Assembly: GCA_036558285.1 (NCBI GenBank) | Contig: DATBFW010000145.1 | Location: forward strand, 19,214-83,213 | DNA length: 64,000 nucleotides | Direction of reading: 5' to 3' | From: Mycobacteriales bacterium | GTDB taxonomy: Bacteria > Actinomycetota > Actinomycetes > Mycobacteriales > CADCTP01 | Shown here: positions 32,367 through 41,431 of the stretch, one piece after another | Layout: each line of letters begins with the position of its first letter | Numbering within the stretch: position 1 is the first letter of the stretch | Position numbers and translations under genes: made by a program | Notes under the pieces: generated by a model | Database searches by the model: none | What the model saw: the letters and a program-made list of their open reading frames with translations, nothing else | What the model was told of the DNA's origin: nothing

Positions 32367-33251
32367 ATGTCGCGGCCGGTCGGGGCGCTTGGTGTGCTGC
32401 TCGCGGCGGTGGTTCTCGGTCCCGCGCTCGCCGGCTGCGGCGGGGGTGGCGGCGTGTCGCTGCCGTCCGAGCGCCCCGGCAGCGGGCTGCCCACGCTGTC
32501 GACGGACGCGACCCGACCGACGTTGCCCTCGGTGACCACGCCGACGCGAACGGTGGTTCCGCCGCCGCTCGTGACCACGACGGCACCGCCCACGACGCCG
32601 GCCCCGCCCACCACGACGGCACCCCCGACGACGACCGCGCCACCCACCACCGCGCCGCCGCCGACCGTGCCGCCGCCGACGCCGCCGCCGACCACCGCGC
32701 CGCCGACCACGGCCGCCCCGAGCTCGACCGCGCCGACCGCGTCACCGACTCCCACGGCGACCGCGACCGCTGCCACGGTGCCGGTGGCGTCCTCGTCCTC
32801 GCCGTCGACGTGGGTGTGGTGGCTGCTCGGCGTGCTCCTCGCGGTCATCGTCGCCGTGCTCGTGGTGATGGCCGTCCGGGCGCGCCGAGCGCGGAAGGCG
32901 TGGGAGGCACGGCTGGCCGAAGCGGTCGCCGAGTCGACCTGGCTCGCTCGGGAGTTTCTCCCCTACGTGCTCAGTGCCGGACCCGCCGTCAACCGCCACG
33001 ACGTCTGGGCCGCCTTCCGGCCCCGGGTGCATGCGCTGGTGAACAACCTCAACGCGGTGACGGCCTCGGCGTCGACCGATCGGACGCCCACCGTGGACCG
33101 GTTGCGCGCCGCCGTGACCGACGTCAGCGCGGCGATGGACCGCCACGCGGCGGCCGACCCGCAGGACCGGGAGACCCTCGGGGCCGTCCGGCAGGCGCAG
33201 CGACAGCTCGAGGAAGCCCTGCGCGTCCTCCAACCGCCACCGGTCAGCTGA
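32367..33251 (+). CDS. Pro/Thr-rich membrane protein (possible lipoprotein)
   Basis: Signal/lipobox LGPALAGC. A long PT-rich low-complexity region (TTAPPTTPAPPTTTAPP..), then one TM (WVWWLLGVLLAVIVAVLVVMAV) and a cytoplasmic helical tail. Confidence 0.7.
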   Translation: MSRPVGALGVLLAAVVLGPALAGCGGGGGVSLPSERPGSGLPTLSTDATRPTLPSVTTPTRTVVPPPLVTTTAPPTTPAPPTTTAPPTTTAPPTTAPPPTVPPPTPPPTTAPPTTAAPSSTAPTASPTPTATATAATVPVASSSSPSTWVWWLLGVLLAVIVAVLVVMAVRARRARKAWEARLAEAVAESTWLAREFLPYVLSAGPAVNRHDVWAAFRPRVHALVNNLNAVTASASTDRTPTVDRLRAAVTDVSAAMDRHAAADPQDRETLGAVRQAQRQLEEALRVLQPPPVS

Positions 33252-33648
33252 CCGTGACCGTGACGGCCCAGCGGGTCGCGGAGGTCGGCCCCGGTCCGAC
33301 GCCGCTGCCGCCCGGGCAGCTCGGAGGGTCCACGGCCGGTCCACAGAGGACCCGGACCAGCACGACCTGACCGGACCCGGCGCGCCGCGCCACGAGGGCG
33401 ACGCCGCCGACCGGCATGGCGCCGGTGTCCGGTGCCAGGGCCGGACGCGGGAACGACGCCAACGCCCAGTCGCCGTTGAGCCGGCCACCGGAGAGGATCA
33501 CCTGCAACCGGTCGCCCACCGCGAGGGTCACGGTCGTCCCGTTGTCGGCCGGGCCGAGCCGCACCACGGCACCCGTGCCGGCGCCGCCGCAGGACGCCAC
33601 GCCGAGCGCGGCGACGACGACGAGCGGGACGAGACTGGTGACCCGCAT
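33244..33648 (-). CDS. Small secreted lipoprotein of unknown function
   Basis: GAGGAG lies before ATG 33648. Lipobox ALGVASC. The beta-rich pattern ends ..RWAVTVTVS, a weak resemblance to I42-type inhibitor folds only. Confidence 0.7.
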   Translation of the reverse strand: MRVTSLVPLVVVAALGVASCGGAGTGAVVRLGPADNGTTVTLAVGDRLQVILSGGRLNGDWALASFPRPALAPDTGAMPVGGVALVARRAGSGQVVLVRVLCGPAVDPPSCPGGSGVGPGPTSATRWAVTVTVS

Positions 33649-33726
33649 GCCGGCCACTCCTCACGGGGCCCAGCCCGCAGCGTAGGAACCGTCGTACGAG
33701 GATCCTAGAAAGGGTAGCTCGCTGAG

Positions 33727-34137
33727 ATGACCAGCCGGGACGACGTGATGCGGTGGGTGGCCGGGTACGAGCGGGCCTGGCGCGAGGGCGACGTCGGTGC
33801 GCTCGCCGCGTTGTTCACCGAGGACGCCCGCTACCGGCGGTCCCCGTACGAGGCGGATGAGGTCGGCCACGCGGCGATCGGCGCGTTCTGGCGCGAGGAC
33901 GAGGGCGAGACCTTCACGGTCCGCGCCGAGCCGGTGGCGGTGCAGGGCAGGACCGCGGTGATCCGCCTCCAGGTGCGCTACGGCGACCCGGTCCACCAGG
34001 AGTATCGCGACCTGTGGGTGCTGCGCTTCGCCGCCGACGGTCGCGTCGAGGACTTCGAGGAATGGGCCTACTGGCCGGGTCACCCGTACTCGGCCGACGC
34101 CGATCCCGCTCCGGGCCGGACGCGCCCGGGTCGCTAA
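33727..34137 (+). CDS. SnoaL-like / NTF2-fold protein
   Basis: VMRWVAGYERAWREGDVGALAALFTEDARYR..WVLRFAADGRVEDFEEW. Confidence 0.85.
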   Translation: MTSRDDVMRWVAGYERAWREGDVGALAALFTEDARYRRSPYEADEVGHAAIGAFWREDEGETFTVRAEPVAVQGRTAVIRLQVRYGDPVHQEYRDLWVLRFAADGRVEDFEEWAYWPGHPYSADADPAPGRTRPGR

Positions 34138-34415
34138 CCCGTGCCGGCGCGGCAGGCGACGCTGCCGACCTTGCAGCGGTTGCTGCGGGCGGCCGGATAC
34201 GAGGTCCGGCTGGTGCTGGTGCCGACCGAAGGGGATGGCGAGTTCCGCCGCGCCGAGCCGGAGACGAGGCGGAAGCGCGACGAGCGGGCGCGGTGAGCGG
34301 CGCGCGGTGACCAGCCTGCTGGTCGCCGCCGGTGCCGTTCTGCTGGCCGGGCCGCTCCGGCACGAACGAGGGCTCCCGGACCGTCCACATCGGACGGAGC
34401 TGGCCGGGGCCGGGA

Positions 34416-34856
34416 TCAGTCCGCGGTGAGGTGGTCCTGGCGGCCGACCAGGTAGGCCTCGGCGAGCCAGGCACGGACGTCGGCGTCGACGTCCTCCGGG
34501 CCGAAGAGGCGAAATGCGTGCAGAACGTTGCGCGTGGAGTATTCCTCCACCCGGACGAACCGCGGGTGGTCCAGTCGCCTGGCGAGCACGACATGCCCGT
34601 CCAGACGATGTCGGCGGGCGACGAACGCCGCGAAGCTCATCCGGACCTGCAAGGCGATGCGACTCGACTGCGGCAGCACCGTCACCGGCCCGTACCGGCG
34701 GACCTCCCCGAGGACGGCGTCGAACGCCTGCCGCACCTGGGGATCCGTCCCGACGAAGTGCTCGTGCAGGTTGCGCAGCGGCCGGCAGGTGTGGGTCTGG
34801 TTACGGTTGGCGAAGGCACGTGTACACAGTGGACACACCCACAGCGTTTCGGCCAC
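34416..34856 (-). CDS. DUF5655-like protein with N-terminal CxxC..HxC knuckle
   Basis: WVCPLCTRAFANRNQTHTC then HFVGTDPQVRQAFDAVLGEVRRYGPVTVLPQSSRIALQVRMSFAAF. GTG 34856 chosen as start. Confidence 0.75.
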   Translation of the reverse strand: MAETLWVCPLCTRAFANRNQTHTCRPLRNLHEHFVGTDPQVRQAFDAVLGEVRRYGPVTVLPQSSRIALQVRMSFAAFVARRHRLDGHVVLARRLDHPRFVRVEEYSTRNVLHAFRLFGPEDVDADVRAWLAEAYLVGRQDHLTAD

Positions 34857-34983
34857 GAATACCAGGCTATCCCGCCATCCGGTCGTATCGAGCAGAGCCG
34901 GAAGACCCCTGTCCCCGGAGGCCCGCGGGCGGCATCGTTGTCCTGTGCAACGACAAGGTCGCGCCATTGCGATCGCGTCGACG

Positions 34984-35256
34984 GTGTGCGCCGCGGCGCT
35001 GGCGCTCGCGTGGGCGGTCACCGAGGCGGAGCGGAACAAGCTCGCGGCCGTCGCACAACGGCATCACGACGCAGTGATGGTGCAGGAACGGATGGTGCAG
35101 GACCTGGTCGCGGCGAAATGGGCGATCGAGGCCGGACACCCCGAGCGCGGGCTCGAGATCGTCAGGAACGCGTTGAGTGACGCGCAGGACGTGGTCACCC
35201 AGCTGCGGCGGGACGAGCACACGGGCCTGGCCGGCTGGCCGGGCCGCCGGCACTGA
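34984..35256 (+). CDS. Small ORF resembling an isolated HisKA_3 dimerisation/phosphotransfer (DHp) segment; may be a kinase remnant
   Basis: ..ALALAWAVTEAERNKLAAVAQRHHDAVMVQERMVQDLVAAKWAIEAGHPERGLEIVRNALSDAQDVVTQLRR parallels the H-box region of NarL-class kinases (E.R..IAR.LHD....L). No ATPase domain follows. The start is uncertain. Confidence 0.3.
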   Translation: MCAAALALAWAVTEAERNKLAAVAQRHHDAVMVQERMVQDLVAAKWAIEAGHPERGLEIVRNALSDAQDVVTQLRRDEHTGLAGWPGRRH

Positions 35257-35375
35257 CGGGCGAGTCCCGGTCACCGGGCACCGGTCCGGCCGCCGGCCGT
35301 TCCGCACCGTCCGCAGTGGACGGTCACCCGGACGCGCCGACAGCTCGGGGAACCGGCGAGACCCTTACGGCAGGC

Positions 35376-35585
35376 TCAGTCCTCGACCCGGAAGCCGATC
35401 TTCAGGACGACCTGCACGTGCGCCACGGCTCCGTTCTCGACGTGACCACGGATCTGGCCCACCTCGAACCAGTCGATGTTGCGCACGGTCTCCGACGCCT
35501 TCTGGATGGCCCGGCCGATCGCATCGTCCACGCTGGTCTCGCTGCTCCCGACGATCTCGCTGAGCCGGTACACGTGGTTGGTCAT
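35376..35585 (-). CDS. Dodecin family flavin-binding protein
   Basis: MTNHVYRLSEIVGSSETSVDDAIGRAIQKASETVRNIDWFEVGQIRGHVENGAVAHVQVVLKIGFRVED has the family-typical length and motifs. Confidence 0.92.
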   Translation of the reverse strand: MTNHVYRLSEIVGSSETSVDDAIGRAIQKASETVRNIDWFEVGQIRGHVENGAVAHVQVVLKIGFRVED

Positions 35586-35726
35586 CGGTGTCCTCCCGAT
35601 CGGTCAGCCGTCTGCTTCGGCGGGTCAGCGGCGCCATCCTCCTCCACGCGGGCGGCTCGTGGGGCCGGTCCGGCGCGGACGCGCCGAAGGCCGGGACGCG
35701 GCGCCGGCGGTCGCTATCCTGCGTCC

Positions 35727-35915
35727 GTGGTGAGCCGAGCCGAGGCGGTCGAGGCGTTCACCCGATGTTCGAACGCGGGCCGCTGGGGCACGGACGACGA
35801 GCTCGGCACGCTCAACCTCATCACCCCGGATACGCGGCGGCGCGCCGCCGGCCAACCCCATCGCCACGTTTCTAGGCCGGCGCGGATCAGCCTCCGCTGC
35901 CGTACGGGCGGGTGA
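35727..35915 (+). pseudogene. N-terminal fragment of a cyclase/arylformamidase-family gene
   Basis: SNAGRWGTDDELGTLNLITPDTRRRAA matches the family N-terminus. Similarity ends after ~40 codons and the frame runs into the convergent VOC gene. Confidence 0.5.
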
Positions 35916-36270
35916 TGATCTCCAGCAGGTGCCCGCTCGGGTCCTCCCAGTAGACGCCGCGGCCGCCGTCGTTGGTGTTGATCTCGCCGGACCGGCGCCG
36001 ACCGGGATCAGCCCAGTAGGGCAGGCCGCGGGCCTGGATCCGGCCGAAGATGCGGTCGAAGTCGGCCTCGCCGACGAGAAACGCGTAGTGCCGCGGGTGG
36101 ACGGGTCCGTCGTCGTCGGCGAAGTCCAGCGAGACGTCGTTGTCGACCTGCACCACCAGGAACCGCCCGAACGGGGTCGGCTCGGCCAGGCCGAGGATCT
36201 CGGCGAGGAAGGTCGCCGACTCACGCCGGTCGCGGACGGACACGATCGTGTGGTTCAACTGGACGGCCAT
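35887..36270 (-). CDS. VOC (glyoxalase/bleomycin-resistance) family protein
   Basis: MAVQLNHTIVSVRDRRESATFLAEILGL..HYAFLVGEADFDRIFGRIQARGLPYWADP..VYWEDPSGHLLEIIT. Confidence 0.85.
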   Translation of the reverse strand: MAVQLNHTIVSVRDRRESATFLAEILGLAEPTPFGRFLVVQVDNDVSLDFADDDGPVHPRHYAFLVGEADFDRIFGRIQARGLPYWADPGRRRSGEINTNDGGRGVYWEDPSGHLLEIITRPYGSGG

Positions 36271-36456
36271 CGCACCCCCTGACCGCGCGACACGCGCCAC
36301 GTCGTCGCCAGGACCCGGTGAACCTCGTAGCGTGACCCGCCCGTGTGATGCATTGTGCGCCGACGGTCGGGCGGAGGGGGCTGCTGTCCGGACGGGGGCG
36401 TATCACGGCTGGATACACTCGTTCATGACTCCACCATCATCGTGGAAGTAGGCGCA

Positions 36457-36927
36457 ATGACCGACGTCGAAACATCCGCCCGCAGCTACCGGGCAGTACG
36501 GACCGTGCTCATCGTCATCGTGGTCGCGGGGCTCGCCATCGACGCGTACGTGCACTTCGACCTCGCCAAGGCCTATTCCCCGGTGAAGACCAGCACGCTC
36601 AGCCAGGGCGACCTGTTCCGGGCCGAGGCCGTGGTGTCGATCCTGGCCGCGCTGCTGCTGATCTTCCACCCGAGGCGCTGGACGGCGGCGGTCGCCGCGG
36701 TCGTCGCCGGGGCGGGGCTGGCGGCCGTGCTCGTGTACGCGTACATCAACGTCCCGCAGATCGGCCCGATCCCGGCGATGTACGACGCCGTCTGGTACAC
36801 GGAGAAGACCATCTCCGCGATCGGCGAGGGTGCCGCCTTCGTCGCCGCGCTGATCCTGGTCTTCATCCCGTGGGGACGGTCGACGCGGACCACGGTCGGC
36901 GCCCACGGGCGCGCCGTCACCTCCTGA
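36457..36927 (+). CDS. Integral membrane protein (4 predicted TM helices)
   Basis: Hydrophobic segments VLIVIVVAGLAIDAYV, AVVSILAALLLIF, AVAAVVAGAGLAAVLVYAY and AAFVAALILVFI. No family recognised. Confidence 0.7.
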   Translation: MTDVETSARSYRAVRTVLIVIVVAGLAIDAYVHFDLAKAYSPVKTSTLSQGDLFRAEAVVSILAALLLIFHPRRWTAAVAAVVAGAGLAAVLVYAYINVPQIGPIPAMYDAVWYTEKTISAIGEGAAFVAALILVFIPWGRSTRTTVGAHGRAVTS

Positions 36928-36939
36928 CGCGGCCGGCGC

Positions 36940-38127
36940 TCAGCAGGTCCTGCCTGTGTTCAGGCAGGCGGTGAGCTGGGTCATCAGCCGCTCGGGCATG
37001 ACGTTCTCGAAGTCGAAGTGGTCGGTGATCGGCTTGCGCTGCTGGTCCGGGAAGGTGTCCACGGCGTACGCGTCGCCAGTGGGCACCCGGTAGCTCAGCG
37101 TGATCCGCAATCGCGGGATCGGCACCGTGCCGGCGGGGCAGGCGCCGGTGGCCGGGTCCGGGAACGTGACGTGCGAGCGGTGGGTGTCGCTGTCCAGGTC
37201 GACGCCGTTCCAGCAGCTCGGGAACTCGCCGACGCGCTGGACCAGCTGCCCGGCCGGGCACAGCGGATAGTACGTCGCGGTGGCCAGGGCCGGGGTTCCG
37301 GAGCAGGTCCAGTGCGCGCGGGCGGCGCCGGGTCCCTTCGTGACGGCCTTCGCGTCGCCGGTCACGATCCGCAGGAACCGCGGCATCGGCTGGACCGGCG
37401 CGCGGGGGTTGCCGAGGAAGCGAACGGCGACCGCGTCCGGGGTGAGGATGTGGCCCATGTTGCCGTCCTGGCCACCCCCGGCGTGGCCGGCGTCCCGACC
37501 GGAGTGCCGGAGGTCCCGGAGCACCGGCCAGAAATAGACCGACTTGTCGCCCCGTACGCAGGTCGTGCCCGCGCCCGCCAGCGACTCGTCGGTCGACGTG
37601 CCGTCGGTCGAGGTGTTGCCGACGTAGTCGTGGACGTGGTGGGCACCGTTGCTGCGCCCGGGCGCGGTGATGAAGTTGTCGGAGTTGCGGTGGCCGTTCT
37701 CGTTGCGGCCGCAGTCGGCGGCGAACGACCCGGTCGAGGCGGTCGGGCCGGGTCGCGGCGCCGGCGGCACGGCGTCGGCCATCACGATGGGCAGGAAGTC
37801 GGCGGAGACCGGCCCGGCGTGCACCGCCGCCCCCGCTCGGGGACCGCTCACCGCGGTCATCACCAGGGCGAACGCGACCAGGACGACGACGCCGGCGAGG
37901 GCGTCGACGATGGCGTGCCGTCGCCCGAACGGCCCGCGCTCCCCGCTCCGTTCCGCCACCGGGGCGGCCGGGCTCGCGGCGGGGGTCGAGGCGGCGGCCG
38001 GACTCGCAGCGGGGGTCGGGGTGGCGGCCGGGGTCGGGGTGGCGGCCGGGGTCGGGGCCGGGTCGGCGGGACGGTCGGCTATGACGCTCGTCCGGCCGGC
38101 GGCGTCGGCGTCCAGGTACGGCGGCAT
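36940..38127 (-). CDS. DUF1996 domain protein with Pro/Ala/Thr-rich N-terminus and membrane anchor
   Basis: SFAADCGRNENGHRNSDNFITAPGRSNGAHHVHDYVGNTSTD..GTTCVRGDKSVYFWPVL matches the DUF1996 pattern (..H.H.f.GN...St...L....TtC...D.S.YW.P). Confidence 0.85.
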   Translation of the reverse strand: MPPYLDADAAGRTSVIADRPADPAPTPAATPTPAATPTPAASPAAASTPAASPAAPVAERSGERGPFGRRHAIVDALAGVVVLVAFALVMTAVSGPRAGAAVHAGPVSADFLPIVMADAVPPAPRPGPTASTGSFAADCGRNENGHRNSDNFITAPGRSNGAHHVHDYVGNTSTDGTSTDESLAGAGTTCVRGDKSVYFWPVLRDLRHSGRDAGHAGGGQDGNMGHILTPDAVAVRFLGNPRAPVQPMPRFLRIVTGDAKAVTKGPGAARAHWTCSGTPALATATYYPLCPAGQLVQRVGEFPSCWNGVDLDSDTHRSHVTFPDPATGACPAGTVPIPRLRITLSYRVPTGDAYAVDTFPDQQRKPITDHFDFENVMPERLMTQLTACLNTGRTC

Positions 38128-38225
38128 GGGGTGTCCTCCGGTGGTGTCACTGCGGTACCGAGGACGCTAGGGACGCAGGTCGCCGGCCGAATCCGTAGCG
38201 GTCCCCCATACCGGCCCAGCCATTA

Positions 38226-38291
38226 CCCATCTCGGCCCCGACCCGGCCTCCGTACCGACCCATCTCGGCCCCGACCCGGCCTCGGTACCGT
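38226..38291. repeat. 33-nt tandem duplication (2 copies, 31 of 33 identical)
   Basis: CCCATCTCGGCCCCGACCCGGCCTC[C/G]GTACCG[A/T], seen directly in the intergenic region between the divergent DUF1996 and PhzF-like genes. Confidence 0.85.
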
Positions 38292-38369
38292 CCCGGATAG
38301 GGTCCGGGCCGTCCGGTCGTCGCCGTCACCCGGAGTGCCGATGTCCACAGCCCACCCGCGCGCCGGCCG

Positions 38370-39266
38370 ATGACGGCGCTCCCCGGCGGACGGGTCGAGT
38401 TCGCGATAGTCGACGTGTTCGCCGTCGCGCCGCTGACCGGCAACGCGCTGGCCGTCGTCCCGGACGCGGACGCGCTCGACGTGCCGACGATGCGGGCGAT
38501 CGCCCGGGAGTTCAACCAGTCGGAGACGACCTTCCTGGTGCGGCCCACCCTGCCCGCGGCCGCCTGGCGGCTGCGGTCGTTCACACCCGGCGGGCACGAG
38601 GTCGGCGGCGCCGGGCACAACGCGCTCGGCGCCTGGCTCTGGCTGGCCGACGCCGGCCGGGTCGGCGCCGGAACCTTCACCCAGCAGATCGGGACCGACC
38701 TGCTCCCGGTCGAGGTCGCCACCGGCGAGCCGACCCGCGTGACGATGGACCAGTCCGCACCCCGGTTCGGCGGCGAGGCCTCCGACCGCGCCGAGCTGGC
38801 CGCGGCGCTCGGGCTGACCGCCGGCGAGCTGGTCGCCGACCGCCCGGCCCAGGTCGTCTCCACCGGCGCCGGCCACCTGCTGGTGCCCGTCGCGAGCCGG
38901 GCGGCCGTGGACCGGGTCGCGGTCGACACCGCCCGGCTGCTGACCCTCCTGGTCGCCGCCGGCGGCGAGGGCTGCTACATATACACGACGGAGGCCGGCG
39001 CCGACGGCGCGGACGCGTACGCGCGCTTCGTGAACCCGGCGATGGGCATCGTCGAGGACCCGGCCACCGGCACCGCGGCCGGACCGCTCGCCGCCGTCCT
39101 GGTCCGGCACGGCGACGTCCCCGCCGGCCGGCCGGTGCTGATCCAGCAGGGCAACGCGACCGGCCGGCCCAGCCGGCTGAGGGTCGACGTCGACCGGGAG
39201 CGCGTCCGCATCACCGGCACCGGCCTGGTCGTCGCCGCCGGCCACCTCACCGTCCGGGTGGGCTAG
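38370..39266 (+). CDS. PhzF-family (phenazine biosynthesis-like) isomerase
   Basis: FAIVDVFAVAPLTGNALAVVPDAD..MRAIAREFNQSETTFLV, with the two-repeat DapF-like architecture. Confidence 0.9.
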   Translation: MTALPGGRVEFAIVDVFAVAPLTGNALAVVPDADALDVPTMRAIAREFNQSETTFLVRPTLPAAAWRLRSFTPGGHEVGGAGHNALGAWLWLADAGRVGAGTFTQQIGTDLLPVEVATGEPTRVTMDQSAPRFGGEASDRAELAAALGLTAGELVADRPAQVVSTGAGHLLVPVASRAAVDRVAVDTARLLTLLVAAGGEGCYIYTTEAGADGADAYARFVNPAMGIVEDPATGTAAGPLAAVLVRHGDVPAGRPVLIQQGNATGRPSRLRVDVDRERVRITGTGLVVAAGHLTVRVG

Positions 39267-39936
39267 CGGCGATCCGGGCGCTCGAGCCGCGCGTGGTCCA
39301 CAGGACCGCCGAGAGGCAGAGCAGCCAGCCGCACCACAGGACGTACCCGGCGAAGTTGGTGAGGGAGGCGGCGTCGACGCCGGCCGGGATCAATACTCCG
39401 GTCGCGATCAGCACCGCTGCCGCCGCGCCGAGCCAGGCCAGCCAGCGGGGCGCGCCGGCCCGGTCAAGGCCGACGACGACCAGGACGGTGAAGGTCGCGG
39501 TCAGTGCGTAGCCGACGGTCTCGCCGAGGACCTGGCCGAGCCAGGTGTGCAGCAGCTCGAAGGTGTGCCGGCCGCCCGCGTCCGCGGGCAGCCACGGTAC
39601 GACGAGCACCCACCGGGACAGGCCCACGGCCTGCACGACCGCGGCGGCGATCCCGACCCCGGCGATCCAGCGGCCGAGCCGCCCGCCGACCAGCCGGCCG
39701 AGCAGCACCCCCGCCGGCGCGAGCAGGGCGGCGCCGACGACGAGGACCAGGAACCAGCCGCTGACCGCCGCCCGGTGCGCCCGGTAGAGGGCGAGGATGT
39801 CGCCGGTCGGCTCGTCCAGGATCTGCGGGTAGTCGAACACCGATCCGAGGGCGGTGAAGCCGGCGATGGCGAGCCCGGCGGCGGACGCCAGGCAGGCGGC
39901 CGCGACCCGGCGGTCGCGGCGGTCGGCGGTGCTCAT
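39247..39936 (-). CDS. Integral membrane protein (DUF4386-like)
   Basis: Six hydrophobic segments. Its ATG overlaps the stop of the upstream gene (ATGA). The family assignment is tentative. Confidence 0.75.
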   Translation of the reverse strand: MSTADRRDRRVAAACLASAAGLAIAGFTALGSVFDYPQILDEPTGDILALYRAHRAAVSGWFLVLVVGAALLAPAGVLLGRLVGGRLGRWIAGVGIAAAVVQAVGLSRWVLVVPWLPADAGGRHTFELLHTWLGQVLGETVGYALTATFTVLVVVGLDRAGAPRWLAWLGAAAAVLIATGVLIPAGVDAASLTNFAGYVLWCGWLLCLSAVLWTTRGSSARIAASPPGR

Positions 39937-40874
39937 CGGACCGTCTCCTTCGCCTCGTCGTACGCCGCGAGGGTGCCGGCCAGGGCCTCGTCGAGGGGCG
40001 TGGCGCCCTCGCCGAACGCGGCGCGGAACTTGCCGTCGTCGACGACCCAGCGGTCGGTGAACTGGTAGAGCGTGTGCAGGTAGTCGCGCATCGCCGGCCG
40101 GACCAGGCCCAGCAGCCGCAGCGTGGTCGCGCCGGCGGCGAACAGCCGCGGCCGGTGCCCGGCGAGCCGGTAGACGTGCTCGACGATCTCCCGGGTGGTG
40201 CGCGGCGCAGCGACCGGAAGGTGCCAGATGTCGCCGGTCGCGCCGGGCCGGGTGGCCAGGGTGACCAGCCCGGCCGCGACGTCCGGCGTGTACGAGTAGC
40301 TGTGCGGCTGGTCCGGGTCGCCCATGACCTGGGCGGTCCGGCCGGCGAGCGCGGCGCCGAACACGGCCTCGCCCAGGGCGGAGCGGGTGGCGCCCGGGCC
40401 GACGTAGTCGGAGGCGCGACCGATCGCGACCTCGACCCGGCCGGCGCGGTGCGCGGCCAGCAGCTGCTCGGTCATCGCCGCCCGGGTGGCGGACTTCGCC
40501 GAGGTCGGCCGGGCCGGCAAGGTCTCCACCAGGTCCCGCCCGCCGGTCGGCCCGTACGCGTAGAGGTTGTCCAGGACGACGAGCCGCGCGCCGGCGGCGG
40601 CCGCCCCGGCGAGCACGCCGTCCTGCAGCGGCGGGAACTCCTCCGCCCAGCCGGCGTAGTTCGCGGCGTTGAGGCAGAAGTAGACGGCGTCCGCACCCGC
40701 GGTGACCGTGCCGGTGAACCGCGGGTCGGTGGCATCGCCGCCGACGACGGTGGCGCCGGGCAGGACGCCCCGGCCGGTGCGGTTGACGGCGACGACGTCG
40801 ACACCGCGCGCGACGAGCTGCTCGACGACGAGCCGGCCGATCTGGCCGGTGCCGAACACGACGTGCCGGGTCAC
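39933..40874 (-). CDS. NAD(P)-binding epimerase/dehydratase-family protein
   Basis: Rossmann start HVVFGTGQIGRLVVEQLVARG. GTG 40874 overlaps the upstream stop (GTGA). The long upstream part of ORF 39933-41897 is rejected. Confidence 0.85.
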   Translation of the reverse strand: MTRHVVFGTGQIGRLVVEQLVARGVDVVAVNRTGRGVLPGATVVGGDATDPRFTGTVTAGADAVYFCLNAANYAGWAEEFPPLQDGVLAGAAAAGARLVVLDNLYAYGPTGGRDLVETLPARPTSAKSATRAAMTEQLLAAHRAGRVEVAIGRASDYVGPGATRSALGEAVFGAALAGRTAQVMGDPDQPHSYSYTPDVAAGLVTLATRPGATGDIWHLPVAAPRTTREIVEHVYRLAGHRPRLFAAGATTLRLLGLVRPAMRDYLHTLYQFTDRWVVDDGKFRAAFGEGATPLDEALAGTLAAYDEAKETVR

Positions 40875-41431
40875 GACCGGACCGCCGTCCGGGCGGAGCG
40901 CGCGAGCGCGGCGGGCAGCACGAGGGTCAGGGCGGTGACGACCACCGCGCCGCTGGAGCCGAAGACCGTGAACCGGAGGTCGACCTCGACGCCGATCGCC
41001 GCGGTGACCGCCCAGCCGAGCGCCCAGCAGCCGGCCAGCAGCGCCGGCCAGGCGGCCGCGACCGGGCCGATCCGCCGGGCCAGCACCACGGCCTGCGCCA
41101 GGCCGACCACCGCGCCGCAGACCGCGCCCTGCACGACGAGATCGGACGTGCCGGTGCCGTACGAGACGGCTCCGGCGCCGAGCCCGAGGCCGGCGGCGAG
41201 CCCGAGCGCGGTGGCGAGGACCCAGGCACCGACCGCCGGCCGGGTGCGGCCGAGGCCGAGGGCCTGGACCAGGCCGAGGACGGCGCCGGTGACGAGGCCG
41301 CCGACGAGGGCCGGAACGGCACCGTCGACGGGGCCGGCGACGAGCCGGCCGGCGACGCCGCCGAGCGGGAAGCCGGCGAACGTGGCGAGCCAGCTCAGCG
41401 CGCTGCGCAGGGTGAGGACGGGCATGGTCAC
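40871..41431 (-). CDS. Gly/Ala/Val-rich integral membrane protein
   Basis: Continuous TM-like segments. Translationally coupled both upstream and downstream. Confidence 0.7.
   Translation of the reverse strand: MTMPVLTLRSALSWLATFAGFPLGGVAGRLVAGPVDGAVPALVGGLVTGAVLGLVQALGLGRTRPAVGAWVLATALGLAAGLGLGAGAVSYGTGTSDLVVQGAVCGAVVGLAQAVVLARRIGPVAAAWPALLAGCWALGWAVTAAIGVEVDLRFTVFGSSGAVVVTALTLVLPAALARSARTAVRS

Noticed and set aside
34141-34296. A 51-codon ORF, VPARQATLPTLQRLLRAAGYEVRLVLVPTEG.., resembling the C-terminus of HTH antitoxin-like proteins.
   Set aside because: It is too short and has no HTH portion, no partner toxin gene and no RBS. It is mentioned only as a possible gene scrap.
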